Shown here: positions 20,631-31,019 of the stretch, piece by piece
Numbering within the stretch: position 1 is the stretch's first letter
How the letters are laid out: each line of letters begins with the position of its first letter
Origin: an uncultured delta proteobacterium
Lineage (GTDB): Bacteria > Desulfobacterota > Desulfobacteria > Desulfobacterales > JAFDCJ01
Direction: 5' to 3'
DNA length: 64,000 nucleotides
NCBI GenBank assembly: GCA_963769935.1
Contig: CAVYNY010000020.1
Span: forward strand, 416,001 to 480,000
Program-made: the position numbers and the translations under genes
The notes under the pieces: model-generated
Seen by the model: the letters and a program-made list of their open reading frames with translations, nothing else
Databases searched by the model: none
What the model was told of the DNA's origin: nothing

Positions 20631-20902
20631 AAGGTGTCAGGTGTCAGCGCCGCCTGTGGCCCCGTAGCGGCCGGTTTGATCGAAGAAGAAACTGTTTTTA
20701 GTGCCTGTGCCCAGTTTAAAGATGTTGTGGGAGCGGTTTTCAACCGTGATCAACTCGGTCGAGCCAGCATCAAAATCGTGGTTGAAAACCACTCCCACCA
20801 GCCATTAACTTTAGCCTAAAAATACCGTCGAATTTAATGATGTCTCATAGGAGGCATCTAAATTTAAAGCAGTTAAACCTGACACCTGAACACTGAAACC
20901 TG
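20631..20902. repeat. MITE-like element with GGTGTCA heptamer ends and an internal REP hairpin
   Basis: ggtgtcaggtgtcag...cctgacacctgaacactgaaacctg; internal 24-bp inverted repeat 20727-20750/20775-20798; homologous to 27119-27350. Confidence 0.75.
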
Positions 20903-20973
20903 ATGTAATAGCGGTTTATTGCGATAGCTAGCTCTGAACCCAGCTTTCCGGATAATCCGGCAAAGGAGGTAAC

Positions 20974-22132
20974 ATGCGAAAAGGCATCTGGCAGGAGTTC
21001 GACGGGTACCAGGATATTGTCGAGGAAATCAGGGCAAGCCGGAAGCTGGGCGGAACGGCCGCCGCGGCCGTGGTTGCCGCCGAGGAGTACATCCGGCTGC
21101 TGCATCCCGCGCGCCTGCAGCTGCGGGTCGGCGATATTATTGAGGAAACACCGACCGCCAAAACGCTGCGTCTGATTTCCAAGGACAACTACCTGCCGCC
21201 TTTTCTGGCCGGCCAGTACATTGCCCTTTTTCTTGAAGTCGGCGGCATTCGCACCAGCCGTCCTTACAGCATATCGTCGCCGCCCAATCAGGTCGGATTT
21301 TATGATATTACGATTCGCCGGGTTGAGAACGGACTGGTTTCCAGCTATCTGCTCGACGGAATAAAGCGCGGTGATTCGCTGGTCGGTTCTGGGCCGGCCG
21401 GCAGCTTCTATTTCAATTCCCTCATTCACAAAACGACAATGGTATGCCTTGCCGGCGGCAGCGGAATTACGCCTTTCATGAGTATGATCCGGGAGATCGT
21501 CGAGTGCGGATTGGACCGTAGCGTGTATCTTTTCTACGGCAACAAGACGGCCGATGATATTATTTTCGCCGGCGAACTCAGCCGCATTGCAGAAAGATTC
21601 CAAAATATTCATTACATACCGGTCATCGAGGAGGCGGCCGAAGGCTATGCCGGCGCCTGCGGATTCATCACCCGCGATCTGCTGCGCGAAGCACTGGTTA
21701 ACATTGAAGACAAATCCTTCTTTATCTGCGGACCTCAAGGCCTCTACGATTTTTGTCTGCCCCAGGTGGAAGATCTCGGGGTGCCGAGACGCAAAATAAA
21801 ACAGGAGATGTACGGTGCACCGTCCAGCATCTGGGAGTATCCCGGCTGGCCGGCGGAGATCGGAAAAGAGGATGCCTTTTCGGTAAACGTCAGAAATGGA
21901 AAGCAGCTGAAGGCCAAAGCCGGCGAAACCCTGCTGACGGCCTTGGAGAAAAATGAGGTCCGGGTCCCCTCATTGTGCCGGTCCGGCGAATGCAGCATGT
22001 GCCGGGTGAAGATCCTGTCCGGTAAAGTGTATCAGCCCCCGGGGGTTCCCGTTCGAAAGTCCGACCGGCAGTTCGGCTATGTGCATGCGTGCATGTCTTA
22101 TCCGATCAGCCGATCTTGAAATTTTGATTTAG
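20974..22132 (+). CDS. Ferredoxin-NAD(P) reductase with C-terminal [2Fe-2S] domain (PaaE/Hcr-like); probable 1-bp indel near the end
   Basis: RPYSISS, AGGSGITP, ICGP, CRSGECSMC..C; ORF as given stops at 22119 (YPISRS), removing one C at 22110/22111 gives YPISDLEILI* ending 22132. Confidence 0.85.
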
Positions 22133-22384
22133 GAAAAAGGTGAAATTAAAAAGGACAAAGGATAAAGGAAAAAGGTGAAAGGTGTAAGGTGCAAGGTGGA
22201 GTTTAGACGGCTGAAAACTATAGATAGAGGCGAAAGGCGAACGGCGCAAGATTCAACCTTGGAGTGAAAGGTGTTTAATCCAATGTCCCGGTCTGTGAAT
22301 TCTTCATGCTCGGTTTGAAATTCAATTACCGTCATACACCTTTAACCTTTTGCCTTTATCCTTATTCCTATATACGAGGTGTTT

Positions 22385-23194
22385 ATGACTGATGAATTTC
22401 TGGTAGGCGAAAAAAAAGACAATGTTTACACCATCACCCTCAATCGTCCTGAAAAACGCAATGCCGTTAATGTCGCAATGCTGACCGGTATCTGTGAGCT
22501 GGCGGAAAAGCAGGCTGCAGATTCCGACATCCGGACCATCATTGTCAAAGGGGAGGGAAAAATCTTTTCGGCCGGGGTCGATTTTAACTCCCTTGGAGCG
22601 GAAGTGGGCGTATTTTTAGGCGATAAAGGGTCGGGCGGAGCCGGGCTGCGGGCGCTGATCTACAGGTTCCAACAGTATTTCAACCGCCTGGAAGCGGTGG
22701 AAATTCCCATTATCTGCGCCATGCACGGCCGGGCCATGGGGCTTGGCGTCGAACTGGCCTTGGCCTGTGATATTCGTTTGATGAGTGCTGACTGCCTCTG
22801 GGGCATGCCGGAATTGAAACTGGGTGTTATCGCCGACCTGGGCGGAACCTCACGACTCTCCAGACTTCTGGGGCCATCCCGTGCCATGGAAGTATTTATG
22901 ACCGCCGGGGAATACACATCTCAACAGGCTTTGGATTGGGGCCTGGTCAATTACCTGCACCCCCCAAATGATTTAATCGCCCAATCGGAAAAGATGGCGC
23001 AAAATATTGCTGCAACGGCGCCGCTGGCGGCCGGCGCGGTCAAAAGAATCATCAAACACGGGCAGGGCGTCGATCTGATGACCCAGCTCGATATGGAAGC
23101 CAGCCACAACAGTGTCCTGTTGCAGACCGCAGACTTCCAGGAAGGCCTTGCAGCCATGCTGGAAAAACGGGCCGCAAAGTGGAAAAAACGATAG
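22385..23194 (+). CDS. Enoyl-CoA hydratase/isomerase (crotonase)
   Basis: LNRPEKRNA, FSAGVD, GLGVELALACD, PELKLG. Confidence 0.9.
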   Translation: MTDEFLVGEKKDNVYTITLNRPEKRNAVNVAMLTGICELAEKQAADSDIRTIIVKGEGKIFSAGVDFNSLGAEVGVFLGDKGSGGAGLRALIYRFQQYFNRLEAVEIPIICAMHGRAMGLGVELALACDIRLMSADCLWGMPELKLGVIADLGGTSRLSRLLGPSRAMEVFMTAGEYTSQQALDWGLVNYLHPPNDLIAQSEKMAQNIAATAPLAAGAVKRIIKHGQGVDLMTQLDMEASHNSVLLQTADFQEGLAAMLEKRAAKWKKR

Positions 23195-23336
23195 GGCTGT
23201 CTCGCGTAAGTGCTGCGCGCATATGGCCCGATCCCTGGTAAGCGCCATGCCTCGCCCCAATCTTCCGATGTCTGAAAGTCAACCCTCGCGCTGCAGCCTG
23301 AAATCAAAGCATTCCCTGCGGGGTCGGAGCCATTGC

Positions 23337-24536
23337 TTACCTGGCGGCCGGAGGTTTGACGGCAGGTTCTCGGACCAGGCAAAAAATTTCGTGCAAATAT
23401 ATTCCCCACACACAATATGCGACGAATAATGGATAGTAGGCCCGGATGATGTCATAGATCGAAGCGGCAATGGGCAGCATCAGCCGATCGGACAGGATGA
23501 AAAGAGCAAAAAGAAAGGGAGCGATTTTTGTGCAGCGTATGTTTTTTATTATGTAGTAGCTCGGCACCAGGAGCAGGATATACCCGTAATCTTTAAATCT
23601 GGGATGGATCAGGGCATACACCAGGCCTACCATAAAGACTTCCATCATCGCTCTGTTTTCAATGGCCGGGCGCTTTAACCGAAGGCAGGCTTGGTAGGAA
23701 AAAAAGACCACGGCGGCTGCCAAAATAATGTACATCCCGGCTTCAAAGAAATGCGGAATCCTCATTCCCGAAATTTTGGCCAATGATTCCGCCAGGGCCG
23801 CGATCAGCTTGTTGGTTGAAGGCACCACCCCGCCTTTTTCGCCCAGCACCACCAGGGCGTTTTTTATAAATCCGGTAAACAGCTCCGGCACCAACAAATA
23901 TTGAATAAGCAGGTAGGCGAGAAAGACAGCCCCGGCGCTGAAGAAATATTTAAACCTTCTTTTATCGTCAGAAAGCAGCAGCAAAACCAAGAAGAAAATG
24001 GGTGTCAGCTTAAAACCGGCGGCAATCAGGGTGAAGAGGCAAAAAAGCTTTAATTTGCCCTTAATGTAAAAACTGAAACCAAGCCACAGCAGCGCCTGCT
24101 GCACCAGGTTGATATTGCCGGCGATCATATCCAGGAAAATGGCACTGTTAAAGGCCAGCAGGCAAAAAACATAAAACAGTGGGCCGCCGTCTTTTTTGAG
24201 AAACTCTCTTTGCCAGAAATAAATGAGGCCGATCAGTAAAAGAAATTTTGAAATAAGAAAAATCTGGAAAGCGGTTTTGTATGCGGGAATCGCAAACAGG
24301 CGATAAAAAAACAGGGTGACCGGAGGATAGGTATATAAAAATCTTGTCCGGGCTTTGGGAAACAGATTGTCGGCGTCATAGGGGTTTGAGCCGGATGCCA
24401 GAATTTTGCCCGCTTCACGGTGGGTACGAAAATCCCACAGGTATTGGTCCTGGTGGGCCGAGATATGCAATAGCAGGGTCAGACCATATGCGAGCAGCAG
24501 GGCAATAACCACTATCCCGGCGATCTTTTTGGCCAT
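23337..24536 (-). CDS. GT-C membrane glycosyltransferase (GT87/DUF2029-like)
   Basis: WDF...NPYD..FLYTYPP, GNIN, FKLTP; about 10 TM segments. Confidence 0.75.
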   Translation of the reverse strand: MAKKIAGIVVIALLLAYGLTLLLHISAHQDQYLWDFRTHREAGKILASGSNPYDADNLFPKARTRFLYTYPPVTLFFYRLFAIPAYKTAFQIFLISKFLLLIGLIYFWQREFLKKDGGPLFYVFCLLAFNSAIFLDMIAGNINLVQQALLWLGFSFYIKGKLKLFCLFTLIAAGFKLTPIFFLVLLLLSDDKRRFKYFFSAGAVFLAYLLIQYLLVPELFTGFIKNALVVLGEKGGVVPSTNKLIAALAESLAKISGMRIPHFFEAGMYIILAAAVVFFSYQACLRLKRPAIENRAMMEVFMVGLVYALIHPRFKDYGYILLLVPSYYIIKNIRCTKIAPFLFALFILSDRLMLPIAASIYDIIRAYYPLFVAYCVWGIYLHEIFCLVREPAVKPPAAR

Positions 24537-25006
24537 TTGCTTTTTCCCCTTAAAACTTGCTTGAACCAATGGATTTGAAAATTTTGAAGGTGCTGCCTAT
24601 TGTCAGGGATGTCTTATCTTTAATATTCGAATTTCGTTATCAGCGTCAAGCGCTAAGTCCGCCGATTCAATGGTTTCATTTTGTACATGAAAGCACGATT
24701 TTTTTGACACTCCAACTAAATTGCCGGGTGGCTTGTCGAGAGGCGGGCAAAGGGACTGCGCATGCTTTTCTAAAGGATTGGAACGATGGTATAATAGTGG
24801 TTGAGCGATTTTGAACGGGATGGTATTGTATCACAAAACCGGTGTTCGAACTGCCGGCTGCCGGGACAAAGTTCTGGCCTGATAATTACCAAAACCGCAA
24901 CCGTTCGCGGGTTCAGAGGTTCCGGCGTTGAATTTGCGGGAATTAGTTTTAAGATTGCCTTTAATGGTGAATCCCGAACCGATGAAACCATACTAAAAGG
25001 AGTGAT

Positions 25007-25792
25007 TTGAGAATGAACTATGAAAAAGTGGTTGTCGAAATTGATGAAAAATATGTGGCCGAGGTCACGCTGAACCGTCCGGAGAATTTAAACACATTCG
25101 ACAGCATAATGGCCGCGGAACTTTATGATGCGCTGTTCGCGCTGGATGCCGAAAAAAGCGTCCGGGTCATCCTTTTGAAAGGCGCCGGCAAGGCCTTTTG
25201 TGCCGGTATCGACGTCAATGAGCTGGCCGGTAAATCGACCATGGAATATCGCGACTGGATCGAACGGATGGAACGCCCCCTGGTGGCGATATCCCAAATG
25301 AAAAAGCCGGTGATTGCTCAGCTGCAGGGTGTTGCGGCCGCCAACGGCATGGGGCTGGTAGCTGCTGCGGACCTGGCGATTGCCGCGCAGAATGCCCGGA
25401 TGGGACTGACGGCCATTAACGTGGGGCTCAATTGCGTCGGACCCGTCATTCCGGTCGCCCGCTGCGTCGGACGCAAGAAGGCCCTGGAATTGTTGTTGTA
25501 CGGGAATTTGATTCCGGCTTCGGAGGCCCTGGCACTGGGCCTGATCAACAAAATTGTACCCAAGGAAGAACTCGAAAGCGAGGCGCGCCGCTGGGCGCAG
25601 GAGCTGGCCCAAAAAAGCCCCCTGGCGCTTCAAATTGCCAAGCGTTCGTTCTACCATGCCGAAGACATGGACTATGAGAAGCAGTTTGCCTACATGAACG
25701 AGGCGTTTGCGCGCTTGTGCTCCACCGCCGATGCCAAGGAGGGCGTTCAGGCGTTTTTCGAAAAACGCAGACCGCAATGGCAGGAAAAGTAG
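25007..25792 (+). CDS. Enoyl-CoA hydratase/isomerase (crotonase)
   Basis: LNRPENLN, FCAGID, AAANGMGLVAAAD, EGVQAFFEKR; lacks the usual catalytic Glu pair. Confidence 0.88.
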   Translation: MRMNYEKVVVEIDEKYVAEVTLNRPENLNTFDSIMAAELYDALFALDAEKSVRVILLKGAGKAFCAGIDVNELAGKSTMEYRDWIERMERPLVAISQMKKPVIAQLQGVAAANGMGLVAAADLAIAAQNARMGLTAINVGLNCVGPVIPVARCVGRKKALELLLYGNLIPASEALALGLINKIVPKEELESEARRWAQELAQKSPLALQIAKRSFYHAEDMDYEKQFAYMNEAFARLCSTADAKEGVQAFFEKRRPQWQEK

Positions 25793-25803
25793 GAGGTGTC
25801 AAC

Positions 25804-27111
25804 ATGTCCCAAAATTATGATGCCATTGTTATCGGTGCCGGAATCATTGGATGTTGTGTGGCTTTTGAGCTTGCGAAGAAGGGATATAAAACCCTCAACG
25901 TCGACAAATTGCCGGAAGCGGGTTCCGGTTCGACCTCCAATTCCTGTGCGGTTATTCGGCTGCACTATTCAACTCCGGACGGCGTGGCCATGGCCCGGGA
26001 GAGCTATTTTTATTGGCTTAACTGGGAAGCGCATCTCGGCGTCAAGGACCCCAGGGGTATGATCCGTTATATCAACCACGGCTGTCTGGTCACCAAAACC
26101 GAAAAAAACAAACATCTGAAGAATGTCATGGCCAGTCTGGATGAATTGGCGGTTGGGTATGAGGAGCTGGACGCGGCCGGCATCAGGCAGCGGTTTGCGT
26201 TTCTCGATACCCGCCAGTACGGCCCGCCCAAATTGCCTGACGACCCCGGTTTCGGCCAACCAACCGGCGATGCCATCGGGGGGGCCGTCTACATTCCTGA
26301 ATCGGGATATATCAGCGACCCGATGCTTTCCACCCATAACGTGCAGGTCGCGGTTGAAGCCAGGGGCGGTGAATTCATTTTTAATGCCGAGGTGACGGAT
26401 ATTCTCAAAGAAAATCATCGGGCAGCCGGAATCAGATTAAAGGACGGCTCCCGGATCAAGGCCCCGATTGTAATTAACGTGGCCGGACCGCATTCATTCA
26501 TCATTAATCGGCTGGCAGGCGTTGAGGAAGGCATGAATATCAGGACCCGGGCCCTGCGCCAGGAGGTTGCCCATGTTCCGCCGCCCTCGGGATTGGATTA
26601 TGAGGCCGCGGCACCGCTGATATCCGATGGCGACACCGGATGCTATTCGCGGCCGGAGGCGGGCAACCACGTTCTTATCGGTTCGGAAGACCCGGATTGC
26701 GATACGCTGGATTGGGTTGACGACCCGGATAACTTTAATCGCAACTTTACCGATCAGTGGCGGACCCAGGTCATGCGGGAGGCTCAGCGAATTACGAATC
26801 TGCCGATACCCAACCGGATGCAGGGCGTTGTCGATCTTTATGACTGCACGGATGACTGGCTCCCGATTTACGACCGGTCGGACCTGCCGGGTTTTTACAT
26901 GGCTGTCGGGACATCCGGCAATCAGTACAAAAACGCGCCGGTGGCGGGCGCCCTGATGGCCTACCTCATCGAGCAGGTCGAGGCCGGGCACGATCATGAC
27001 AAGGATCCGCTTCAGTACGCCCTGAAGTATGTCAAAAGAAATCTTAACCTCGGCTCGTTTTCTCGCCTGCGTGAAATCAATGCCGACTCCAGTTTTTCCG
27101 TGATCGGATGA
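25804..27111 (+). CDS. FAD-dependent oxidoreductase (DAO / sarcosine oxidase beta-like)
   Basis: IVIGAGIIG, GSGSTSNS, LYDCTDDWLPIYD, GTSGNQYK; AGGAGG RBS. Confidence 0.85.
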   Translation: MSQNYDAIVIGAGIIGCCVAFELAKKGYKTLNVDKLPEAGSGSTSNSCAVIRLHYSTPDGVAMARESYFYWLNWEAHLGVKDPRGMIRYINHGCLVTKTEKNKHLKNVMASLDELAVGYEELDAAGIRQRFAFLDTRQYGPPKLPDDPGFGQPTGDAIGGAVYIPESGYISDPMLSTHNVQVAVEARGGEFIFNAEVTDILKENHRAAGIRLKDGSRIKAPIVINVAGPHSFIINRLAGVEEGMNIRTRALRQEVAHVPPPSGLDYEAAAPLISDGDTGCYSRPEAGNHVLIGSEDPDCDTLDWVDDPDNFNRNFTDQWRTQVMREAQRITNLPIPNRMQGVVDLYDCTDDWLPIYDRSDLPGFYMAVGTSGNQYKNAPVAGALMAYLIEQVEAGHDHDKDPLQYALKYVKRNLNLGSFSRLREINADSSFSVIG

Positions 27112-27118
27112 ACATAAG

Positions 27119-27410
27119 GGTTTCGGGTGTCAGGTTTCAGGTGTCAGCGCCGCCGCCGGCCAAAACAACGGCCGGTCTGATCGAAAAAGAAACATAATAG
27201 TTCACCGCAGAGCCCGCCGCCTCTGGCCCATAGGGCCTACGCCCCGGTGGGAGAACGCCGAGAAAGAAAAGTTAAATTAATCTCTGCGCTCTCAGCGGTG
27301 AGACACTTCGAAAAAATGGCATCGAATTTAAGGAAGTTTCATACGAGGCTTCAAGTGTCAGCCCGGCCGCCATGCGCTAAGCGGATAGTTTAATCGAAGA
27401 CAAAACTATA
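27119..27410. repeat. MITE-like composite element (two partial copies) with nested inserts
   Basis: ggtgtcaggtttcaggtgtcagcgccgcc...gatcgaaaaagaaac matches 20631-20692; a degenerate third copy starts ~27352. Confidence 0.7.
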
Positions 27411-27661
27411 TTAAGTACCTGACCACAGGTGACGCCTTCTGAATTTCCATGTCCATTGGCGAAAACAAGTTTGGAGTTTGGAATTTCGGGCATTGTAATT
27501 GTAATTTGTTTGAATTTTGGAATTTGTTATTTGAGATTTTTCAAGTTCCGGCACCTCAAGCTGATTTTATTACCTTGAAACATGTTGCCGGGTAAAGTTT
27601 TTTTAGAACTTACAAAGTCCTGTGCGGCCGGATTTTCCAGCTACCGGCCGGCAACCCATAT

Positions 27662-28996
27662 TCAAGCCAGAAAAGTTACGCCGCCGGAATCCTCCCGGGC
27701 GGCCCATGCCGAGCCGGTCGGATAGATATGCTTTGCCTCGAAATCCGGCTGCATCTCAAGACCCCAACCGGGAGTTGTCGGCGTTACGTACGCGCCTTGT
27801 TCGAGCCTTACCGGTTCGATAAAAACTTCATCCTGCAGAAAGTGGACATGTTCCACGACCTGATCATCCGAATGGGCGGCAACGCAGATCTGATCCCACA
27901 GGGCATAGTGCCGGATCATGGTGCAGAGGCCGATGCCGCCGCCATGAGGACAAACCGGGATTTTGTACTTGGCCGCCATGAGGATCACCGCCAGAACATC
28001 ATTGACGCCGGCCAGCCGGGTTGCATCGATCTGGCAATAACGGATGGCACCGCTGGCCAGCAGTTGCTTGAATATCACCGGAGATGGCACCTGCTCCCCG
28101 GCGGCGACCCCGATGCCGTATTTTTCCATTGCCTTGGCGATTTTCAGATAGCCCAGAATGTCGTCCCGGGCCGTAGGTTCTTCGATCCAGGTGGGATGAA
28201 ATCCGGCCAGTTGCTGCATATACCCGATGGCCTCGTCCACTCCCCAGACCTGATTGGCATCCAGCATCAGACCGGCGTCCTCTCCGATGGCCCGGCGAAT
28301 GAATGCCAGCCGGCTCAGGTCGTGCTGCAGATCATCACCGACTTTCATCTTAAAGCAGTTCAAGCCGACGGCTCTCATTTGTTCGATCGTGTCGAGGATC
28401 TGGGCGTCGGTTAAGCCCAGCCAGCCGGCGGTTGAATATGCTTTTGGCCCGCGCTGCAGCAAGCGGGATTCGCGTTCCCGGCGGCCGTCCCAATTGGCTT
28501 TCAACATATCGATCGCTTCGGCGGGAGTGAGCGCATCGCGCAAGTAGCGCCAGTCGATGCACTGGACGATTTTTTCCGGCGGAAGATCGACCAGGAGTTT
28601 CCACAACGGTTTGTCTGCCTGTTTGGCCCAGAGATCCCACATGGCATTGATGATGCTGCCTGCAGCCATGCGGAATACGCCGTCAGCCAACCACCGCAGC
28701 TGATGATGATCCACCAGCAATCGGTGAAAAGCACCCGGATCAGCGCTGAATTCCTCCAGGCCGGCTCCAACAACGAGCCGGGCCAGATCCTTCACCCCGT
28801 GGGCGATCCAGTCATTGCCGGCGCCCAGGGTGAAGGCCAACGAATATCCCGTGAATTCGGAGTTGGTTTTCAATTTAACAACTGCGGCTGAATAATTCGG
28901 CTTTTTGTGAAATGGGTCCGAGCCCAGCAAGGTGTCCGAAGTCGGGACTCTGAGATCGATGACACTGACATTTTCAATGATTGTTTTTTGCTGCAT
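27662..28996 (-). CDS. Enolase-superfamily acid-sugar dehydratase, L-fuconate dehydratase/ENOSF1-like
   Basis: DLRVPTS..GSD, YSTAGWLG, KMKVG, DANQVW, WIEEP, GEQ, VCPHGGG. Confidence 0.85.
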   Translation of the reverse strand: MQQKTIIENVSVIDLRVPTSDTLLGSDPFHKKPNYSAAVVKLKTNSEFTGYSLAFTLGAGNDWIAHGVKDLARLVVGAGLEEFSADPGAFHRLLVDHHQLRWLADGVFRMAAGSIINAMWDLWAKQADKPLWKLLVDLPPEKIVQCIDWRYLRDALTPAEAIDMLKANWDGRRERESRLLQRGPKAYSTAGWLGLTDAQILDTIEQMRAVGLNCFKMKVGDDLQHDLSRLAFIRRAIGEDAGLMLDANQVWGVDEAIGYMQQLAGFHPTWIEEPTARDDILGYLKIAKAMEKYGIGVAAGEQVPSPVIFKQLLASGAIRYCQIDATRLAGVNDVLAVILMAAKYKIPVCPHGGGIGLCTMIRHYALWDQICVAAHSDDQVVEHVHFLQDEVFIEPVRLEQGAYVTPTTPGWGLEMQPDFEAKHIYPTGSAWAAREDSGGVTFLA

Positions 28997-29012
28997 GATC
29001 CAACTTAAGGGT

Positions 29013-29435
29013 TCAGCCCTGCCAAATTTCCGGCTTGGGCATATTCATCATGTAATATTCGATGCGGTACGGGCTTATCCTGCATACCACATAATTCGGA
29101 TCGTCGGGACCGCTGAAAATGGACCGCAAGAGGTCGTACCACTGCGCATTTTTTGTTGCGGCATCTCCCAATATTTCAGCCCGTCCCTGCACCTGAAGCC
29201 AGGATACCGCTTTTTGCGGATCGGTGACGCCAAGGGTGAGATGCACCTCCGGATTCTTAACAATCTGAAGCGTTTTGCGCGAATTCAGAAAGGTGGCAAA
29301 CCAGATATTCAACTGATCATCGGCCCTAACCACAACGTAGCGCGTCCACGGCTTGCCGTCTTCGGTTATCGTAGCGAAGGACGCCAGTGTATGTTCCTTC
29401 ATCTTTTCAAATATCTTTTCTTTCAAATCACTCAT
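29013..29435 (-). CDS. Pyridoxamine 5'-phosphate oxidase-like FMN-binding protein (general stress protein type)
   Basis: FATITEDGKPWTRY, SRK..QI..NPEV, FSGPDDPNY. Confidence 0.85.
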   Translation of the reverse strand: MSDLKEKIFEKMKEHTLASFATITEDGKPWTRYVVVRADDQLNIWFATFLNSRKTLQIVKNPEVHLTLGVTDPQKAVSWLQVQGRAEILGDAATKNAQWYDLLRSIFSGPDDPNYVVCRISPYRIEYYMMNMPKPEIWQG

Positions 29436-29584
29436 GGCAGCTCCTCAGTGATAGTAGTCCATTGAAATTGGGATCAGAAAATTAAACTAACCTGGATTTG
29501 CAGAAAGTCAATGTCAATTAATAATCGGAGAAGCTGATTTACCGGCATCGGTAACAGATGATGGTCTGAGATAATGGGGGTATT

Positions 29585-29610
29585 CCCCTATTGACATGGC
29601 CCCTGTCAAT
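29585..29610 (+). promoter_or_regulatory. -35 box inside a 7-7-7 inverted repeat upstream of PilZ gene 1
   Basis: CCCCTATTGACA; ATTGACA-N7-TGTCAAT. Confidence 0.5.
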
Positions 29611-29714
29611 GATGAATGTAAAGACATTGCACGACTGTGGTTTGGGACCAGCGTGGCGGTGTAAGTCGCCAAATGGTTTCTGATGCTGGACTAATTAATT
29701 GCAGGAGATTGACC

Positions 29715-30011
29715 ATGAAATATAGTGCTGATCGCAGAGACAATAAACGGCTAAATCACAAAGATACAGCCCTGCTTACAGACGAAAATTCAGATTTTTA
29801 TTGTTATGGGCAATTAATTAATTTGAGTGGCGGCGGCATGTATTTTGAGACGGAATGCAATATTAAACCGGGAAGAGAGATCAACATTCGATTTGAGAAT
29901 CCTCCGTTTAAATCGGCGCCTAAAAAATATATGGTTACGGTTCAATGGTGCAAGCGCCTGTCAGATTTTGAATCCATCGGCACCTATGGCGTCGGGGTCA
30001 AGTACAGTTGA
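29715..30011 (+). CDS. Stand-alone PilZ-domain protein
   Basis: RRDNKR and NLSGGG c-di-GMP motifs, VQWC, GVGVKY; AGGAG RBS. Confidence 0.85.
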   Translation: MKYSADRRDNKRLNHKDTALLTDENSDFYCYGQLINLSGGGMYFETECNIKPGREINIRFENPPFKSAPKKYMVTVQWCKRLSDFESIGTYGVGVKYS

Positions 30012-30375
30012 ATTTATTGGCGCTGTCATAATTCCATCTTGATCCGGCATTGTCGTAGATGTAACGATTTCCAAAGCCGTACGGCCGTCTGTTGACGGCC
30101 TGGGTTTTACCCCCACTTAGCAGACTACCTCCGAAAACCGGGGTCAATCCCGACAGCATTATTGATGTTCCGACAATTAAAGATACAAATAATTTCACCG
30201 CAGGCCATCCCCGGAAACAAACCCCGTCAACATATTCCAACCTCGAAAACCTGGCCCTGTAGGCCAGAATTCTTTATTAAACGCCGTTGGCAAACGACCT
30301 ATGCGGTCATTATTATAGGTCGTCTGGTTTCTGAGTTGAATCACCTATATAAAGAGACAGGATGCCGCATACGGT

Positions 30376-30669
30376 AACAAAAATTTCGGTTTGACCGGGC
30401 CCCAGCTTGTCATACTCCAGGAATTGTCAAATGGAGAAATGACGGTTTCCGAGCTGGCCCGCAGGATCAGTTTAAGCCAGGGAACTGTAACCGATATCAT
30501 TCACAGGCTGGAAAATAAGCATCTGATCATTAAAAGGCGCGGCAATCGCGATAAACGTCGTGTGCTGGTAGCTTTGTCTGAAATGTGCAAGGACCTTCTG
30601 GTTTCGGCGCCGCCTCCGCTTCAGGAAAAATTTATGAATTATTTTTCACAGATCGAAGAGTGGGAACAA
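30376..30669 (+). pseudogene. Internal fragment of a MarR (EctR-like) regulator
   Basis: NKNFGLTGPQLVILQE..SLSQGTVTDIIHRLE..DKRRV..APPPLQEKF..EEWEQ; no N-terminal helix or RBS, homology ends after EEWEQ. Confidence 0.7.
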
Positions 30670-30722
30670 TTTCTTTTCTTCCATAGTGTAGTGATAGCCA
30701 ACCAAAGGGTGCGACACTTAAG

Positions 30723-31019
30723 CTATAAATACTTGGTTCCAATCCCAAATGAAAGCATAGACTCCTTTTCTGACAGCCGTTTGCACCACTGCACAGTCGC
30801 ATAGTAATCTTTAGGCGAAGATTTGTAGGGTGGATTGTCATATCGAATCTTGATTCTTCTCCCCGGTGTCAGAGCGTTTTCTGATTCAAAGTACATGCCA
30901 TTGCCGCTGACATTTCCAATTTGGGCATACACATAATATTTAGCGTTTTCGTCTGAAACCATGATAGTTCCCTTTTGATTGATGCGCTTATCTTTTCTTC
31001 TTTCAGAACCGCTTTTCAT
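30723..31019 (-). CDS. Stand-alone PilZ-domain protein (paralog of 29715-30011)
   Basis: RRKDKR, NVSGNG, NPPYKSSPK, VQWCKRLS; GGAGG RBS. Confidence 0.85.
   Translation of the reverse strand: MKSGSERRKDKRINQKGTIMVSDENAKYYVYAQIGNVSGNGMYFESENALTPGRRIKIRYDNPPYKSSPKDYYATVQWCKRLSEKESMLSFGIGTKYL

Noticed and set aside
17395..23220. Similar 14-bp ends GCGCAGTTCTTACG (~17411) and CGTAAGTGCTGCGC (~23205) as transposon termini
   Set aside because: Short, two mismatches, no transposase or target duplication seen; more likely separate MITE remnants
29998..30240. 80-aa minus-strand ORF between the PilZ genes
   Set aside because: No RBS or family motif recognised; possibly a fragment
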